Below are positions 48,801 to 61,172 of a DNA stretch of 64,000 nt, piece after piece (position 1 is the stretch's first letter; every line of letters starts with the position of its first letter). This stretch comes from Hydrolagus colliei (taxonomy: Eukaryota). A program made the position numbers and the translations under genes. The stretch spans positions 3,534,001-3,598,000 of the forward strand of contig CM068761.1 of NCBI GenBank assembly GCA_035084275.1, written 5' to 3'. The notes below the pieces were generated by a model. It made no database searches. It had not been told where the DNA came from and saw only the letters and a program-made list of their open reading frames with translations.

Positions 48801-51800
48801 CGCCATGATGAGGAGGAAAGGGGGAGAGAAGAGCGTCCGTCGTTCTGGAACATTCTTCCCTCCCTCCCCCGAGAGAGAAGGAGAGACGGGGGTCCATGGG
48901 GTGGGGGTGTGCAGAGAGAGAGAAGCCGTAATAGGTTATAATATGGAGGGAGAGAGGGAGGAAGAAAGGCTGGAAATGTGGTGGTTCTCTTGTGGGGGAG
49001 GTGGGTGAGGGGGAGATGGGTCTTTTGTGTGGGTTTAATGGCGGGCGGCAGAGAGAGAGACAGAGATGGAGGGAAGTGAGTGCTCGGGCTCCCTAATACG
49101 GACCATCCTTTTGTTGTAGTCGGTGGATGGAGCATAATAATTTTAAGTGCAATCGGGAGGTAATCTCTTCTTCTCCCCCCCCCCCCCCCCCTCTCCCCCT
49201 CTCCGCAATGGGCTGTTGTTGCATCCGTTTAAATTTTCCAGATTGGGGTGGACGGGTTTTTGTTAGGTCAAGGTCTATGGTTGAAGGCGAGTAATTGGGA
49301 GTTGACGTACAGATCAGCCATGGTCTAATTGAATGGCAGAACAGGCTTGAGAGGCTTACCGTATGTCCTCTCGTTTACCTTGAGTGTAAACAGAGCCCTA
49401 TGGAAGCAGAGCCCTCCTCTCTCTTTCATCATCATCACACACAGCCCCACAGTGAGTGCGCTGCTGTTGCATCCAATGGGGGGAGAAGGAGATTGTGTTA
49501 TACACTTCACACTTCACAATGTGGAGTTTTTTGTGGTCTACATTCTTGAGTTTTTTTCAGTGAAAAAAAAGTATAGTTTTACTAAAGATATGTCCATTAA
49601 CATTTGGGCCGTGTTGGGGGGGAGGGGGGGGGCTTTTGTGATGATGGGCTGGGTAAACGGTGTTGTGTTCTTGAGAGTGGCTAAGAGGTGATCTGATTGA
49701 AGGGTTTAAAGGGCTTTGACAAGCTGGAGGGTGGATGGTGCTTCCTTCTGGCAATGAATCCCAACACACAGGAAAATATTGTCATCTTGACATTAAAACC
49801 AATTTTATTGTTTAATAATTTAAAAAAACTATCTTTCTAAAGTGGAACCCAACTAAGGGAATAAATGTAGAATTTCTTGTAAGATGTAGCAAAAATTGCT
49901 GAACTGTGAGTATGACCTCGGGATCACAATTTATTTTTGCTCCGTATTGTATTTTTTTTGCTCAGTGTCTTTGCGATGTTTTTGTTTTTATCTTATCAAT
50001 TGATAATCAGAATTTTGAGAGCATATACAGTTTTCTTTGAGAGCCATATAGAGTTAATAAATATTAATCCTTGAATTTGTTACAGCGCTTTTTATGTTGA
50101 AGAACTCTCACACTTGCTTCATAGAATTTACTGTAAAATGCAGTAATTGTGTAATTTGTAGGCAATTTTGCCCACAAATATGCAATGAATTCATGTTGCA
50201 GTACTTTCTGTGATGCACTTTGAGACGTCTAGAGATGTAAAAAGCGCTATATCAAATGCAAGGATTTTTTGTTATAATTTATTCCAGTTTAAATTAAACT
50301 TTAAAATATATATATATATTCTTAGGCAAGCGATGCTGAACAAGATGGCTCCGTTTTGAAGAAACCTACTTCAGAAATGGAAAAGAAACGTGAGAGATCA
50401 GCATCATCTAAATCTCCCAAAAGTTACAAGCATCACTCTTCACGATCTCGGTCAAGGTCCAGATCGAGATCTAGGGACAGGAAACGGAAGTCTGGTGTGT
50501 ACATTTCCTGGTAGCATATGTGTTTCTGCTGCCTTTTGGAATGCTCCCCAGTTATCACTGGAGGTTGCAGTTTTGTTTATTTTTTCTGTTCCTCCTCCTT
50601 TAGGTCCTCAGGTGACATTGTCTGATATGATAGATGATCTGTTCTCAAACCCATTTTCAATGCCCATGTCTGTTGAATGTTTTGTTTTCATAATCCCCAT
50701 CCCTACCTGAAATTGAGGATTTCTATGTCCTCAACGAATCGATGCAAGTGCTGCATGTTATTACACTGTTTAATCCCTTCAGAGTTTTCAATTAAATGAT
50801 CCAATCCAAGCAACTTTTTATTTAATGACTTTGCTAAGAATTTTATGCCTCATTTACACAGGGTAAATAACGTGTGAGAAATATAGTATAACTGGCATCT
50901 TATAACCAACTGACTCCTGCAATGAAATCCTCAACTTGACCAGGGATTTCTACGGAAGTGAAACGAACCATATGACTAGTACCTTGTTTCTTGGTAATGT
51001 TTCTACCTGTTTTATTTTTATATGTGCTGCATGAATTAAAGAAGCATCTAAAAAAAAATAATGTTTAATATAATATGTTAAATATAAAATTCAGTCTGTT
51101 GAGTGGGTTATCTATTGAATGGTAGACGTTTTGTTTTCCATTTTACAGGGAGTGAAAGTCGGAAACACAGACGAAGTCGCAGCAGAAGCAAAGAGGTAAT
51201 TAAACGCTTTCTGTAGCATATTGGTAACTTAAATAAATGATAAGTAGCACACATTTGTATTAATTTGATTCCTGAGAGTCGGCATGGTAAGTATCGAAAC
51301 AATTGCTGTACATAAGTAAAGTCTAGCTGCCTTGACAAAATAATAGTCTGCTACCCGAGCATGTGATGTGGTGTAAAGATATTTCTTCCCACTACTGAAG
51401 GCCTATTATAATTAAAATCAATGCAATAAATGGGTTAAATTGACCACATATTGACACATATTTAATATTTAGTGGTATTGACAATTTAGGAGGCTATCAA
51501 TTCACTTTTTTGGCATTTTTCTGTGTTTGGAAAGTTTACTTTGTATACATAGATCACATGATAACATTTCTATAATGAATCGTACTCAGCGTGCTAATGC
51601 ACGAAGAGACACAGCGAGCAGAAGACGCTGCAGAGTCAAATAGCAAAAAATATAAGCCTACCTCCTGAAAAGGTAAATATCAGCCATTCGCACTCATGTA
51701 TTTGATTTGTAAGTTGAAAGAATCACCAAGCAAATCTGCTTTGTTTGTGGTAGTCAATTATCAATTCAGTTTGGTTTGTGGGGGAGGGGATTTGTTTTCC

Positions 51801-54800
51801 CCCAAATAGGTAATATTGAACAGTTTGGCTTGATTTTATTTGTGTCTTAGAACTTAACAGTCTGTGCTACATGATATTGCCCAGAACTGACTTTGCTTTA
51901 GTGTTGCTGAATGAAAGCCTAAATCTTGGCAATAGTTTCATTGATTTGATGAAGCCAATGAACCAAAATGTTCTATTATTGTTGGGCAACAATTGTGACA
52001 CAGAACTTAATTCAGTGAAGATTTATTATTACAGTAATTTTAGAATTGGTATAAAATACTTTGTGTTTCTTAAAACAAATGTTTATTGTCTGTAAAGGAG
52101 CTTGAACCCGAATAAGATGAACCCTCCAATACTTTACTGTTACTATTCAGTTTGCCTAATTGGAATCAGATTAGGTATTGGTACTGAATTAGAACGCTGT
52201 TCTTTTTTATTTCTGGTACCCAAGTTCAAATAAAACCCCAGATTGAACAAGAAAGAAGTCCAAAACCGTCTCATAATTTCACAAAACATGGTAGCTTCAC
52301 TTGGCTCATAGGAATAGCTCAATTCCTGATAGCTTGGAAAGGTTATCCAGTGCTTATCTCAATACAATCGGTCTGTGTCGAGGGTTTAGGGTGGGGATCA
52401 GAATGGATTTTCCCTCTTGATTGCAGCATTGAGCTCTATTCTGTCTTCCTCTATAGTTGAATAAATTGTACTATATAATGGTGTGCGCTCCATACATTGG
52501 AGTCTCAGGAAGAAGGAAACGGTAAGTCAAAAGCGTTTAGGTGAAGAGGAAAGTAGTGGTTTAGGATCGATGGTGGGGGGGCTTTTATGGAGTATGCACA
52601 GGAGGTAGAGGAGATAAAGACCAGAGGTTGTAGGTTTGTATTGTGGTCTGCTGAGTTAGCTGATATCAGCTTTGGTGCTATAATTTGCTTCAGTGCCTCT
52701 GTCTGAGGGAGGAAGAAAAATCAAACTGGGCACTTATTTCTGATCACTATTCAAGGTCTCTGCTGCATATCTGTGGTGGTTGTCTTTGCCTACCCTTAAA
52801 ATCAAAAAGCCAATCACTATCCAGTGTCATGTCACACGTGAGAGATGGAAACTTGGTATTGGAGAGCAACAACACCCAGCTTGAGTGAGTGGCTTCAGAG
52901 AGGGGTGAAAGAAAAATTTACCAAAACAAAAAAACCTGTGAGCGTTTTTTTTAAAAGTGGAAAAGGTCTAACTTCATCAGTACTTGATTCCTATCTATCA
53001 ATTCAGAATTCCATGAGATTGAATATCGACCATAAATTAATCTTCTAGTGATGTACAGTATTGGGTTTATCCAATGTCTCCACCTGAGCCATTGCTGAGC
53101 TTCATTGAAAAAAAATGTATATTTTGATGCAAATGGTTACAGGAATTAATTGGAAGGTGAAGTTCTGGTTCTTTAGAAGCCCAGTGCATATTTAGATTCT
53201 GCAAATGTGCTTATTTTTGTTATAAAGTTCAAGTCATGTTGAGATTGTTGTAGAAATATCAGTGATTTAAATTGAATGTTGACCATAAAATCATGTTTGT
53301 ACTTTTTATAGGGTTCCTGCAGCAGGTTTGGATTTTTTGACGTTTAAACATTTGAGAATTTAGAATCTTGAAATGTTTAGTAATACCTTAAATATAGCGT
53401 ATCTGTGATTATTGGCTACCACAAAGGTTTAGAATTCCTGCAAGTATTAGAACCCAATAGTTTGCTTAAATTCACCAACAGTGCTAGATTTTTATTCAAC
53501 ATTTTTGTTGCATGAAGATAAGAAATATAACTTCCTTTTGAAGTAATTTGCTGTGTCGGTGAATTTAAACATCTTAAAAATATAGTTATTGAATGTATTT
53601 TTAACTGAAGAGATTGCAAATATGACATGGCAGTAAGGACATCATAATTTGATTATGTGGGTGTATTTTCTGTAAAATGTCACATTTCAAAGGATATTCT
53701 AAATGCTTGGTGATGTATGCATACTAAAAACAATTATTTCCATCAGCTGCAAATGCAGTGCAGTCTTTGGTGATTATTGGGTGAGCTCTCCACCAGTGGA
53801 ACAAGAACTTCAGTGCTTTTAAATTTTATCTGCTTTGCCCCAGCTAAATTAGCGTTCTTTAGCAATTAAATGAGAGCTTCATTTTGGCAAAGGATTAGTT
53901 ATCCAGACTTGCAGAGTTAAACTGTTTTAATTGGAAGTAGTTGATATAATTCCAAAGTTTTTGCTTTTTGGCTAGTCTGGGGAATAGGGCATTCACTGAC
54001 AGGTAGTTTCTGAGGTAAGTGATGCATTGACTTTGAGTCAGATGATTAATCTTAGTCTCAATACCAATTTGTATTTTTTTTTAAATGATTTCTGGCGCTT
54101 TGGGAAATTAGTTGTCCAATGAAATCCTTTTTAGCAATGGTGGCACTTCCATATAGTAGTTGAGATCTGAGTCCTGTTAAACTTCATATGAGATTTTTTG
54201 CAACTGAGGCAATGGCCTGTTGCTATTGGAGTACATTCACTAAAGACTCCATGGACAGCATTGTGTTACAATTGTGAAAGACTTAGCTGAGAAATTGAAT
54301 TGCCTTTTACTCAAAGTCAGTTTTAATCCCAGTGTAGCCGAAGAACTCATCGTGCACAGTGGCAAAGGTTCATGGACACAGCATAATAAATGAAAGCGTA
54401 CCTATAATCCTTTTGTTGCTGGTATTACATACTTTTGTGACTTCTGTTTCTTTGGGTTTGGTGTGTTGTAAAGCATTGGATGCCGAGAGAATGTTGCTTC
54501 ACTCCAACTAAAACATTCAGACAGTCGTTGCTTTTACAACCCACCGTTAGAGCTTTGTATTTTGGTGCCCATACTAACTCTCTTTGTTGCACTATTTTCC
54601 TGAAAGAACCAACTTCTTCTTAAAACAGGAACGAAGACGGGACTTGAAAGAAAAGTACAGCAGCAAAAAACAGAGATCTTCCGATCAAACCGAGAAGGAG
54701 CATGACAAATGGAGAGAGAGGTTGAGCTCGACAGAAAATGGGGAAGACAGACCAAAACGCAAAGAAAAGAAACCTCCAAGAGGCCATAGTTATTCACGAT

Positions 54801-57800
54801 CCAGGTCGAGGGAACGGTACGTTTGTTGCAAGTATATTTCAAGGAATATTCCACATCATTCGGTTGCCTTTGTTGTATTTTTTAATATATATATATACAC
54901 ATATATGTATGTATATTTTTTTTAATCAATCTCCAGGGAGCTTGATCTTGCTGTTGATCTTACTGAATCACAAAATATGATGGGACTTTTTCACAGATCG
55001 ATATACTGATCAGGGAACAACCAGTTAATTTTAATGCCATTAGGAGACTTTTGACATTAAAGCTTTCGTTTAAATTGAGTGAATGCTCTTTAGAAGTTTT
55101 CTTATTTAGAACTCATATGGTTTGTCTTTAGGCACCATCGGAGCCGTGAGAAGAAAAGATCCCGTTCACATAGTAGATCCAGGAGGTCGAGGAGCAGGGA
55201 CCGGCGATCCCGAAGCAGAGATAAGAGGTCTAAGAGCAAGGATAAAAGATCCCGCAGCCGAGACAGGAGGTCAAAGAGCAAGGACAAGCGGTCTCGGAGT
55301 CGAGACCGGAGATCAAGGAGCAAGGACAGGCGATCCCGAAGCAGAGATAAGAGATCTAAGAGCAAGGACAAACGATCCCGAAGCCGAGACAAGAGGTCAA
55401 AGAGCAAAGACCGACGATCGCGGAGCCGAGACAAGAGGTCAAAAAGTCATGATAAACGGTCAAGGAGCAGAGACAAAAAGCGTCGTCCAAAGTCCCGGTC
55501 GAGATCACGGTCCAGGCATAAGATACGTAGGAGCAGGAGCAGAAGCAAGTATGTTACTGCTTCATTGCGTTTTCTCTTAACTGTAAAAAGGCAATTGATA
55601 ACCGCCTTATATTGGTGTAATTTAATTGATGTACATAATCTTTCATGTGACTTATGGATGGGAGCCTACAAGTTTTTTAATTTTGTGCATTGCTAACCAT
55701 TCTGTAACGAACCTTAAACTTTCAGGGACAAGAGAAAGCGTAAATTCAGCAGGAGCAGGAGCCGAAGCCGGACTCCTACAGCATTCAGGGGCCGCAATGC
55801 TGCAATGGACGCCCAGGAAGCATTAGCTAGAAGGTAGGTTTGTTATGTCTCATCTGTGTGTGTGGAAAGCTATTGAAAGCCATTACTGAAGGTGGATGGA
55901 TACATTGGGGACCAGTAGCACCTCACTGGCTATGTTTGTAAATGCTAATGTTTTCAATCACAGACTTGAGAGAGCAAAGAAGCTTCAAGAGCAAAAAGAG
56001 AAGGAACTCCAGGAGAAACAGAAAGTGGAGCAAACGGAGGCTACAGGTAACCTTTCATTATTGAAGCTAATATAGTATTTAGTTGATCTTGAGTTATGAA
56101 AAATATAACTATGAATCATTAGTAGCAGATAAACCAAGGAAATGTAAGCTTGGTTAGTGTTTATCATTAAATAGCACCTTTCACATCAGGGGGACGTCCC
56201 AAGGCAATACGACAATCAATTTTTCAGACCCGAGCTGGGTCGGGATCAAGGTGGGGTAGCAGGTAAGGAGGGGATTTGGGATGACTGGTGGGACTGTCGA
56301 AGTGCAGGAACTTGAGGTGGGACTTGAATGGGGCTAGGGAGGGGGTGAGGTGGAAGAACTGCGGAATGTAATTCCAGAGGTTAGGGGCAAAGTGGCTGAA
56401 GCTCTGGATGATCTGCAGCCTGTTGAGAGAGGAGTTGGGAAGGCCAACAAGCAGGGCATTGGCATAGTTGAGCCTGGATTTGAAGAAGACATGAATGAGA
56501 GTTTCAGCGGCCTGAGCAGTGAGATAGTGGTGTAGTCGAGCAATGTTGTGGAAGCGAGGGAAGGCAGAAAGGGTCATGGCTTGAGTGTGAGGGAGGATAG
56601 ACAGTTGAGGATCGAACAAGACACCTAGGTTCCTGGACTGACTTGGTGAGGTGGAGTGTGCAATCATGGAGGTTGGTGCCGTCAGTGCCTCATGTGTGAA
56701 GGTGCTGGGGTGTGCCTATCAGGAGGGCCTCGTTTTCATTCAACTGGCTGAATGGATCCCCTCAAAAAGAAAGACTTTATCATGCCAAAAAGTCTCAAAG
56801 TGCTTGTTGGGCAAAACGTAGTGATTTGTTTTGAAGGCAAAAAATCGCAGCATTTGTGCTGATAAGGTGAATGATCAATTAATCTGAAAGATTGTTGACC
56901 AAGGCACCTGGAGATTCACCCTTCCCTTTGTAAATGTGTTGCCAAATTGTTATTCCACAGGCTTTTTTATTTCTCCCTCTGCTTCAAATTTCCCTTCTGC
57001 AAGTTAATATATTTACCATTGTGGTAAGAGGTAAATTTAAATCTATCTTTGTATTAAAATTTTCTTGCTATTCCATCAACAACAAATTACAGTTGGAACA
57101 GTATGCAATTGGTTGCTGCGTTTCAGCCACAAAATATGCAGTCAATTTGTTTTACATTCTGTGTAGCACTTTGAGGCGTCTGGAAGACGTGATCAAGCAC
57201 TATAAACAAATGCAAGGATTATTATAATCTTTTGACAATAAAGGGCCTATTTTATTTATGACCCATATCTGTCCTTATTTAAAAATCTCCTGTTAAATGA
57301 AGTTCCATAATCTCTTATTTTGTATATATGGTCTGCTTACTGTAATGCAGAGCATTTTTTACAGAATATTTACATGATACAATCAATTTGCTTCTATAAT
57401 GACCTACAACCAATGGGATGAGTAGCCAATTAATTTGAGAGAATATAACTGGATTGGTAGTTGATTTCCCTCCAGTTCCTGTTTTTGCTTATGATTGTTT
57501 TGAAGGGTTTATTACCTCCGGCAGGTTCCCCATCAGGTTCCCACTTACTGCAAGGTAAACAGATTTGTATGTTGATTAAGGAAACTTGCCAAAGTCAGGT
57601 CTTCTCGCTTGTGAGCGAGCATTGCGAGTGTCCTATGTCCCATTCTCGTGTGTGAATAGATGATCAGGTCCCAGACTATACATATAAAAGATCGACACTT
57701 CAGGGCAAAAATTAGGATTAAAAAAAAAAATACACTGGATAATGTTTTTTGGGGAAAGTAAATGTCGTTTATTTTCAACAGATCCAGCTAGCGAATCACT

Positions 57801-59785
57801 TGGAAGTATAAACCCAACAACAGGTAGGAAAGTTTAATGTCTACCTATCTGCAAATTTTATTGTCACATGCTGAATGTCATTACTTGACTGTTTAGGGGC
57901 AGGTGCATGCATTGTTCTGTCAAATGTATTGCTGGTGACATGAAATTGGTGGTATAGAAAAGATGGTTTGAAGTTTTGTTTTAGAAGGGAGCACTCAATA
58001 GATTGCACAACCTATAGCCATAATCACTTGTGATTGTGCATCTCATCTTATGGAAGTTGGTCATGTGAACAATATCTTAAAAATTGGGTGCTAAGATTTT
58101 CCAGCGTTTCATTGAGCCTGTGCATTTTGACCAATGGTCAAAATTTGACCTTGTGTATTAATGCACATTATTGAATTTGTTGAGAGATTTGATGCATAGA
58201 CAGGCTGACACTGCATTTTGGGGGGAGAGAATGGCTGACACTGTGGTACCAAATAACAGTGTAACATCTGTGGTTTGGGTCATTGCATTATATTTTGCAG
58301 AATGATTTAATATCTGAACTCAGAACAATGGGGCTGGACCCAACTGGTATGCATATTAGGCTCTACTGCAGAATGAACACAGTATCAAAAATGTCAACGT
58401 GAAAAAGCAGTCATTCTGTGAAACTAGATACGAACTAATGTGGATGAATGTTTGAATTGTCTAAATGTTCATTCAGAACTGCCGCAGATTGACCGGAGGA
58501 GGCAAATGTCATGGGTGACCAATATTTTATGTCTTTCAGCTGTAACAAGTGGGGGATCAGTCCTCAATGTTGCTGCCCTCCTGGCATCCGGTACTCAAGT
58601 CACACCTCAGATTGCAATGGCAGCCCAGATGGCAGCACTACAAGCCAAGGCATTGGCTGAAACTGGCATAGCCGTGCCCAGTTATTACAACCCAACAGCT
58701 GTGAACCCAATGAAGTTTGCAGAGCAAGAAAAGAAACGGAAACTGCTCTGGCAGAATAAGAAAGAGGGGGTACGTTTGAATGTTTAAAGTTAGTGTGACA
58801 TGTGGAGTGGTAATGCCTTAGTGCCCTGTACATTTAATGGCATTGCACTAGCCTTGGGCAGGATGCATTTTAATAGTAATATTCCTTGCATTTGATGTAG
58901 TGCCTTATCACATAATTGAGACGTTTCAAAAGCACTTCAGGTTATACTGTAAAGTGAATTAATTGATCATTTTATGTGCAAAATGTGGCAGCCAATTGCG
59001 CACAACAGATTTTTTCTCTCGATTTTGGGGGATGAGAAAATAACTAGCAATTTTCAGTTTTTAAGGCTTCTTTTGTTGGATCCCTAGTAAATAATTAGTT
59101 CCAGTAACCAGTGATAATTCAGTAGGCACTCTACCACTGCTTGGCAGGAATACTAGGAATGTATTGTGTGTATCTACGTGTGAAATCAACACAGGGAAGG
59201 CTTCTTTTTTACAAATGTTCTTTTAATCATGTTTTAGGACAAGTCGCAGACTGCAGAATTGTGGGAACGGCTGAATTTTGGTAACAAGGATCAAAATGTA
59301 AAATTCCGAAAATTAATGGGCATCAAGGTGAGGCATATTAAGAATTGTTAAATTCACTTCCAATCTCTCCACATAATTTATTGTATCTAGTGTTAAAAAT
59401 GCTGGTTGACAGATCATTGAAAGCATTTGTTTTAATATAGTCCTCAATTTGTTGAAATGTTTTAATAATAATCCTTACATTTGTTATCGTGCTTATCATG
59501 TCTTTGAGATGGCTCAAAGCCCTTCACAGGATATGCTGTAAAGCATAGTGACTGTGTGTTTTGTGTGTGAAACGAGAGAGTAATTATTATAATTCTGTGT
59601 TGAAGGATGAGGAGAGGAGAGCACCTACACCGGTGACTGAAGAAAGTTTCAAAACTCTGAAGCATCAAGAAGAGATGTTCAGGAACCTGGATGCTCAGTA
59701 TGAGATGGCACGATCACAAACACACACACAGCGAGGCATGGGACTGGGGTTCTCCTCTTCCATGAGAGGAATGGACACGATATAA
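48664..59785 (+). CDS. RSRC2: Arginine/serine-rich coiled-coil protein 2
   Basis: Exons 48664-48669 (ATG TCG|gtaaga), 50326-50494, 51149-51195, 54629-54816, 55132-55548, 55726-55833, 55964-56046, optional 57782-57823, 58540-58769, 59238-59327 and 59606-59785. Diagnostic peptides MDAQEALARRLERAKKLQEQ, GGSVLNVAALLASGTQVTPQIAMAAQMAALQAK, LNFGNKDQNVKFRKLMGIK and NLDAQYEMARSQTHTQRGMGLGF. AATAAA at 60319. Confidence 0.96.
50062..50275. mobile_element. Head-to-head inverted pair of SINE 3' halves
   Basis: A minus-oriented tail at about 50062-50165 is fused directly to a plus-oriented tail at about 50168-50275. Confidence 0.75.
51553..51672 (+). other. Probable RSRC2 poison (NMD) cassette exon
   Basis: catag|ATC ACA TGA TAA ... 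GAAAAG|gtaaat. A 120-nt exon with in-frame stops at codons 3-4 when spliced after phase-0 exon 3. Confidence 0.7.
55184..55477 (+). repeat. Coding tandem repeat: 14 x 21-nt units encoding RS[RK]S[RKH]D[RK] in RSRC2 exon 5
   Basis: Direct translation gives RSRSRDR RSRSRDK RSKSKDK RSRSRDR RSKSKDK RSRSRDR RSRSKDR RSRSRDK RSKSKDK RSRSRDK RSKSKDR RSRSRDK RSKSHDK RSRSRDK. Confidence 0.95.
56150..56740 (-). mobile_element. L2-clade LINE 3' fragment
   Basis: ORF 56224-56667 contains RNLGVLFDPQLS...NIARL...AETLIHVFFKSRLNYANALLVGLP...FAPNLWN..P...FKSHLK, followed by an L2-type tail. Confidence 0.88.
58872..59010 (-). mobile_element. SINE, 3' half
   Basis: Family tail and core, reverse complement. Similar short copies lie near 30720-30885(+), 57105-57228(+), 59462-59575(-), 61088-61165(-) and 62830-62952(+). 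Confidence 0.75.
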
Positions 59786-61172
59786 GAATAAGATGTTGAA
59801 CTTGTGCTGAAGTACAGCACGTTTTTATATTGTCTTCGTCCACGTTGGGAGACTTCAAGCTTCATCTTTTCACCTTCCTGTTTACCGGAGAAAAAAAAGC
59901 TAGCTGTCTAGCTTGCATGGTTGTTGCAATGCAAAAATAATTTATTATTAAAAAGGTTTTGATTGTAAAGATAACAGTGTATCAGGCAATCGCATTGCGA
60001 TAGTTACTCTTCCGTAAAACCGAAACTTTGAAGGATGGTGTTAATTGCAGCAAAGAAAGAAGATTCTATCACTTTTAATGTATTTGAAGTGATGTCTGCA
60101 GACTGGTTTCAAACGACCCAATCTCACATTTTGTTGTAATACTTCATGTTGCTGTATTATGTGATTGCTTTTGTACTAAAACTTGTACAGTTATTTTCAT
60201 CTTTCAAAAGGCAAATGATTGTGTGGTTGTAAATTAGGACATAGTTTGTTTGTAAGTACTTATTGCAGTGCTGAAAGGTGCTTTTATAGTGCACTGTTCA
60301 TTGCAAAGCTTTCTGGACAATAAATGGATGATTTTCAGTATAACTGTTACAAAGTGTGTTCTAGAATGCTCTGAGTATGGTTTATTGTGTCACAAAGCTA
60401 TAATTCTCATTTGAACGTTTAAAGTCCCTTTGTTAAAGATATGATGGTGGATATTTTAAGGTGTCAATGAGGCTGACAAATTTCATTCTTTGTCACATTG
60501 CTGTAAGCTGCCAAGTGGTAAATATTTTTGAGTTAAAGTCCATGGAGCACTTAAAAACAGGACCCTTTATAATTTGGGAGCTATAAATCATAAAACATAA
60601 AACATTTGTGTTGATAATATTTTGTCATGTTGGTGCATTATGAGAAGCTCCACACGAGAATGTTTGATCAGTGTTGTCAAACGTGTAAGTTGATATGGAC
60701 CAGCAATATTTGATTACATCAATGTAGCACAAGATCCTTCTTACTGCTGTGAACTATTATCTGCTAAAACCAAACCCGGATCGTTGTTAGATGTTACACT
60801 ATGAACAAAAATAAGACTACAATAATACAAAGAATTGCTTCCTAAATAAGCAATTTAGGAAGCAATTCCTAAATTGCTTCCTAAATATTGCAGAGAATAA
60901 ATTTGTTTAATATAAATTAAGAATTTAAGGCGATTTCTGGTTGTAAAAATATCTCGTAGCTGAATATTGTGTATAGCTTTCTCTCCAATAGTGAACCAAT
61001 TATGGATGATTAGTTTTGCAATATTTTCAAATACAAGCCTCCATTAATTAATCTGCAGTCTATATTAATTTGGAGGGGGCCATTTGAATAATAATCCTTG
61101 CTTTTGATTTTGCGCCTTATCACGTGTTCGAGCCGGCTCAAAGCGCTTCACAGAACATACTGAATAAAATAC

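Noticed and set aside
48791-48812. ATGGCGGCG as the RSRC2 start codon
   Set aside because: It hits TGA after five codons and lies in intron 1 as a YY1 motif. ATG TCG|gtaaga at 48664 fits the known two-codon first exon.
55102-55580. Repetitive alternative-frame and antisense ORFs; CRISPR-like periodicity
   Set aside because: By-products of the 21-nt coding repeat in RSRC2 exon 5. There are no unique spacers and the context is eukaryotic.
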